From NCBI RefSeq assembly GCF_900079115.1, contig NZ_LT549890.1:1050001-1082000 (forward strand): a stretch of 32,000 nucleotides of DNA. The letters are read 5' to 3'. A program made the position numbers and the translations under genes. The notes under the pieces were generated by a model, which saw nothing but the letters and a program-made list of their open reading frames with translations, had not been told where the DNA came from and searched no databases. This document shows positions 28,480 through 32,000 of this stretch, in pieces. Origin of the DNA: Saccharolobus solfataricus (lineage in GTDB: Archaea; Thermoproteota; Thermoprotei_A; Sulfolobales; Sulfolobaceae). Positions within the stretch are counted from its first letter, which is position 1. The number at the start of each line of letters is the position of its first letter.

Positions 28480-29350
28480 CTCCCAATACTCTTCTCAAGC
28501 TATGTCTAATTGCCCTTATTGTTAACACTCCAGCCATTGCCTTCTTATAATCTCCAGGGGGACCAAAAGGTTCTTCCACTGGCGTAATCTCTTCAGTAAC
28601 TATTTTTCCAACCTCTTTAATTAGGTTATCATTTATTTTATTCCCCCTCAACAAATTCTCAGCCCTAGTTACCTTTACTGGATTATTTGCGGCTCCTCCT
28701 ATTGCAATCCCAGCATCTTTGACAGTACCATCGTAGTCTAGGGATAAGTTAACTGCAGTGGAAACTATTGCGAAATCTCCAACTCTTCTCTCTAATTTTA
28801 TATAATGACCCCCATTTCTAGGTTGAGGAATTGGAATTCTTACCTCAGTCAAAATTTCATCCGGTCTTAGAGCAGTTTGGAAGGGTCCTAAAAAGAAATC
28901 TTTAGCCTTAATAATCCTACTTCCCGAGAGGCTGGTAGCAACAAATTCAGCGTTATATGCTAGCATTACTGCAGGTAAATTATTTCCGGGATGATTGTAG
29001 CATACATTTCCTCCAACTGTCCCCCAATTCCTAACTATTGGATCAGCTAAATGCTTAATAGCTTCATGAAGTAATGGATACTTAGACTTTATTAAATCTG
29101 AATATTCCAAATCAGAATACCTAGTGAGAGCGCCTATTTTTAAATATCCATCAGATTCAATAATATATGAGAGATTAGGTATATTATTAAGGTCAATTAC
29201 GTACTTAGGAGAGACTATTCTTAATTTCATTGCAATTATCAGACTTTGTCCGCCAGCTAGTACCTTAGCATCTTCGCTATACTTAGAAAGGAACTCTAAT
29301 GCTTCATTAAGAGTGCTCGGAGAAAAATAATCAAATGGTGCAGGATACAC
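28472..29350 (-). CDS. coxM: CO dehydrogenase / molybdopterin hydroxylase medium subunit (FAD-binding)
   Basis: [11 protein letters not shown] motif, TVGGNVC, 292 aa. Overlaps coxS by 8 nt. Confidence 0.9.
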   Translation of the reverse strand: MYPAPFDYFSPSTLNEALEFLSKYSEDAKVLAGGQSLIIAMKLRIVSPKYVIDLNNIPNLSYIIESDGYLKIGALTRYSDLEYSDLIKSKYPLLHEAIKHLADPIVRNWGTVGGNVCYNHPGNNLPAVMLAYNAEFVATSLSGSRIIKAKDFFLGPFQTALRPDEILTEVRIPIPQPRNGGHYIKLERRVGDFAIVSTAVNLSLDYDGTVKDAGIAIGGAANNPVKVTRAENLLRGNKINDNLIKEVGKIVTEEITPVEEPFGPPGDYKKAMAGVLTIRAIRHSLRRVLGGA

Positions 29351-29419
29351 TTACCTCACTATGTATCGATTCGTTATATTAGTATAAAAAGGTAATTATG
29401 TCTAATAATACATATTCCA

Positions 29420-30307
29420 TTATTTGACATATATTTGAGGATTACCATCAAATTTATCCTTACAATATTTACTACAGAAATAGTATACTTTACTCCCAAA
29501 AGTTGAATAGTAAGGAACTGACGTAGAGATACTCATCCCACAAACTGGATCAGTAGCCTCATTAGTTTTCTCTTTAACATTCCTTGTATTTGTTTCTCTA
29601 ATATTTGAAATTTTAACTACCTCAGCTAAAACACTTAACGCTATTTCTTCAGGCAATGTAGCGTTTATATCTATCCCCGCAGGAACTTTAATCCTAGAAA
29701 GAGAGTCATCTTTGTAGCCCTTATTACGTAAATATGAAAGTAAATCCTCTCCCCTTCTCTTTCCTGCTATGACTCCAATATACTTTATCCCAGTGTTTAG
29801 AAGAGCTTCTGCAAATTCGTGATCCTTTTCGCCCATTGTAGCTACTATAGCAAAGGTATTTCTGGTTATTTTTACATTTCCTATCTCATTTGTACTATCT
29901 AACTTTATTATGATAAAGCCAAGCATCTCTCCTAATTTCTGAACGTAATGCGTTATAGGGTTATTTCCTACTAAAATAAGCCTTTTCTTAGATAGTAAGG
30001 GCTCTATATATACATGAACAATTCCTCCATGGCAAGTATTTAAGCTTAAATATTTAATTTGACCGTTTTCTATGGCTTCTAACGAATATCTTATTATATC
30101 ATCCCTAGTACAAAATCCCCCTATCCATCCCTCAAAGTTTCCATCACTCTTAACAATTATTTTATTTCCGGGCTTTAAAGAGCTTGGTCCTTCAGTGCTA
30201 ATTACTTCAACAATAGCGAATTCTTCATCATTTTCAATTAATTCCCTAACTCTATTTATAAACTCATAAGAATGGCCAAAGTAGCTAATCTTCTCTTCAT
30301 ACATCAT
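29420..30307 (-). CDS. XdhC/CoxF-family Moco maturation protein fused to a C-terminal YHS/TRASH metal-binding domain
   Basis: XdhC-like N-terminal region (FAIVEVISTEGPSSLKPG) and Rossmann-like LILVGNNPITHY. The last roughly 45 aa, DPVCGMSISTSVPYYSTFGSKVYYFCSKYCKDKF, give C-x21-C-x3-C. Confidence 0.75.
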   Translation of the reverse strand: MMYEEKISYFGHSYEFINRVRELIENDEEFAIVEVISTEGPSSLKPGNKIIVKSDGNFEGWIGGFCTRDDIIRYSLEAIENGQIKYLSLNTCHGGIVHVYIEPLLSKKRLILVGNNPITHYVQKLGEMLGFIIIKLDSTNEIGNVKITRNTFAIVATMGEKDHEFAEALLNTGIKYIGVIAGKRRGEDLLSYLRNKGYKDDSLSRIKVPAGIDINATLPEEIALSVLAEVVKISNIRETNTRNVKEKTNEATDPVCGMSISTSVPYYSTFGSKVYYFCSKYCKDKFDGNPQIYVK

Positions 30308-30385
30308 TACAAATTAATATGAAAATGAGACTATTTAAACTTAATCTCACTATATTTGAAAAACACTAAAGAGAGTTTTAATATT

Positions 30386-31207
30386 TTAGCTAGTCATAGT
30401 CAAGTATACTCCCAATAGCGTTATTGCAGAACCAATAATTTGCAATGGTGTAGGGATCTCTCTAAAGAACGCATAAGACAATACGTAAGCCATTATCGGA
30501 ACTAACAATGAACCAGATCCAGCCTTAACACTTCCCAAATGCTTAACCGCATTAAACCAGAAATAGAATCCTCCAACTTGCGAAATCAACCCTAAAGCTA
30601 ATAGCAATCCAATATTCATTACGTTAACCACGAAATGATATCCAATTGGTGTTAAGAGTAATAGGATTGGCAGTGACGTTATTCCCATGAATCCGTTTAA
30701 CTTCACTAAGTCTTCCTTAACTAAATTTCTCTTGTAATATACTGTACCAATAGCCCATACTAAACCTCCTACTAGACCAAACAAAAGCCCTAAATCAAAT
30801 GATAGGAAAGCCGATGCTGTAACTCCTATTACACCTAAAATTATTCCAATAATTCCTTTCGCCTTAACTTTGGTTCCTAAGATCGTCTCTATAATAAGGA
30901 TAAATAGTGGCTGAGTATATATCATAACTGCTACTAAACCGGGATTAGAGGAAAAATAGACGCCTAAGTTTAAAAACGTTAACAATCCCACAAAATTAAA
31001 CAAACCGTTAATAAATTGTTTCAAACCAACTGAAAGACCTCTGCCTAGTATAATGAAAAACACACTAGCTATTGCCACTCTAACAACGCTCACTATCATA
31101 GGCGACGAGTAGTACGTAATGAGTTTAGTTAAAGGATACGAAAGGCCCCAAACTATTGCCACTGGAATCATCCATTTTACAAATAGATATGAGGTACTGG
31201 ATGACAT
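30386..31207 (-). CDS. EamA/DMT-family membrane transporter
   Basis: 273 aa, about 9-10 hydrophobic helices in two similar halves, typical drug/metabolite transporter layout. Confidence 0.7.
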   Translation of the reverse strand: MSSSTSYLFVKWMIPVAIVWGLSYPLTKLITYYSSPMIVSVVRVAIASVFFIILGRGLSVGLKQFINGLFNFVGLLTFLNLGVYFSSNPGLVAVMIYTQPLFILIIETILGTKVKAKGIIGIILGVIGVTASAFLSFDLGLLFGLVGGLVWAIGTVYYKRNLVKEDLVKLNGFMGITSLPILLLLTPIGYHFVVNVMNIGLLLALGLISQVGGFYFWFNAVKHLGSVKAGSGSLLVPIMAYVLSYAFFREIPTPLQIIGSAITLLGVYLTMTS

Positions 31208-31282
31208 AGTGTAAGATTACATGAGTAAGTAAAAAAGTTTACTGTTAACTATTGAACAACTTTATGAAAGCTATAAGAAAAA

Positions 31283-32000
<718 letters not shown>

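Noticed and set aside
2042-30269. Many ORF-track entries lie antisense to, or out of frame within, confident genes. They are 2042-2272, 3726-3938, 5715-5927, 5890-6072, 6826-7068, 8373-8633, 10172-10387, 10433-10636, 10827-11018, 11047-11484, 11309-11494, 12290-12733, 12660-12881, 13226-13423, 13901-14131, 14135-14500, 15747-15938, 17450-17653, 19116-19358, 20128-20310, 21574-22140, 23379-23645, 23411-23677, 24455-24775, 25612-25806, 25971-26273, 26451-26672, 29124-29330 and 30072-30269.
   Set aside because: Each is fully or largely embedded in a longer ORF that has clear family motifs. Their translations are low-complexity (S/L/F/I-rich), which is typical of shadow frames in AT-rich DNA.

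Overview
AT-rich archaeal chromosomal window, almost certainly Sulfolobales: it carries Saccharolobus/Sulfolobus-type ISC insertion sequences, and TATA boxes sit about 26 nt upstream of start codons. Contents, left to right. (1) The right part of an IS200/IS605 element (tnpB, cut by the window edge). (2) An FAD oxidoreductase. (3) A compact minus-strand operon of SixA-like phosphatase, Ppx, two thymidylate-kinase paralogues and a CHAD protein, followed by an amidohydrolase; I read this as a polyphosphate synthesis/turnover module and rank it the most interesting system here. (4) An Arch-ATPase gene broken by two independent insertions. The second is a 4.6-kb nest: an IS4/IS701-like host element carrying two ISC1048-derived MITEs, an IS110-family element itself split by an intact ISC1048-like IS630 element, and an intact ISC1058-like IS5 element. 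(5) A four-subunit 2-oxoacid:ferredoxin oxidoreductase (gamma-delta-alpha-beta). (6) An orphan molybdopterin hydroxylase large subunit. (7) Three small uncharacterised genes. (8) A GlcD-like FAD oxidase. (9) An orphan copy of the tnpB right end without tnpB. (10) A TusA-like protein. (11) A complete aerobic CO-dehydrogenase-type cluster: XdhC-YHS fusion, coxM, coxS, coxL with the form-I AYRCSFR loop, MoxR-type coxD and VWA coxE. (12) A DMT transporter and a partial flavoprotein reductase. I recognised no rRNA, tRNA or CRISPR array. All homology calls come from motif recognition by eye. Mobile-element boundaries were hand-counted and may be off by a few bases.
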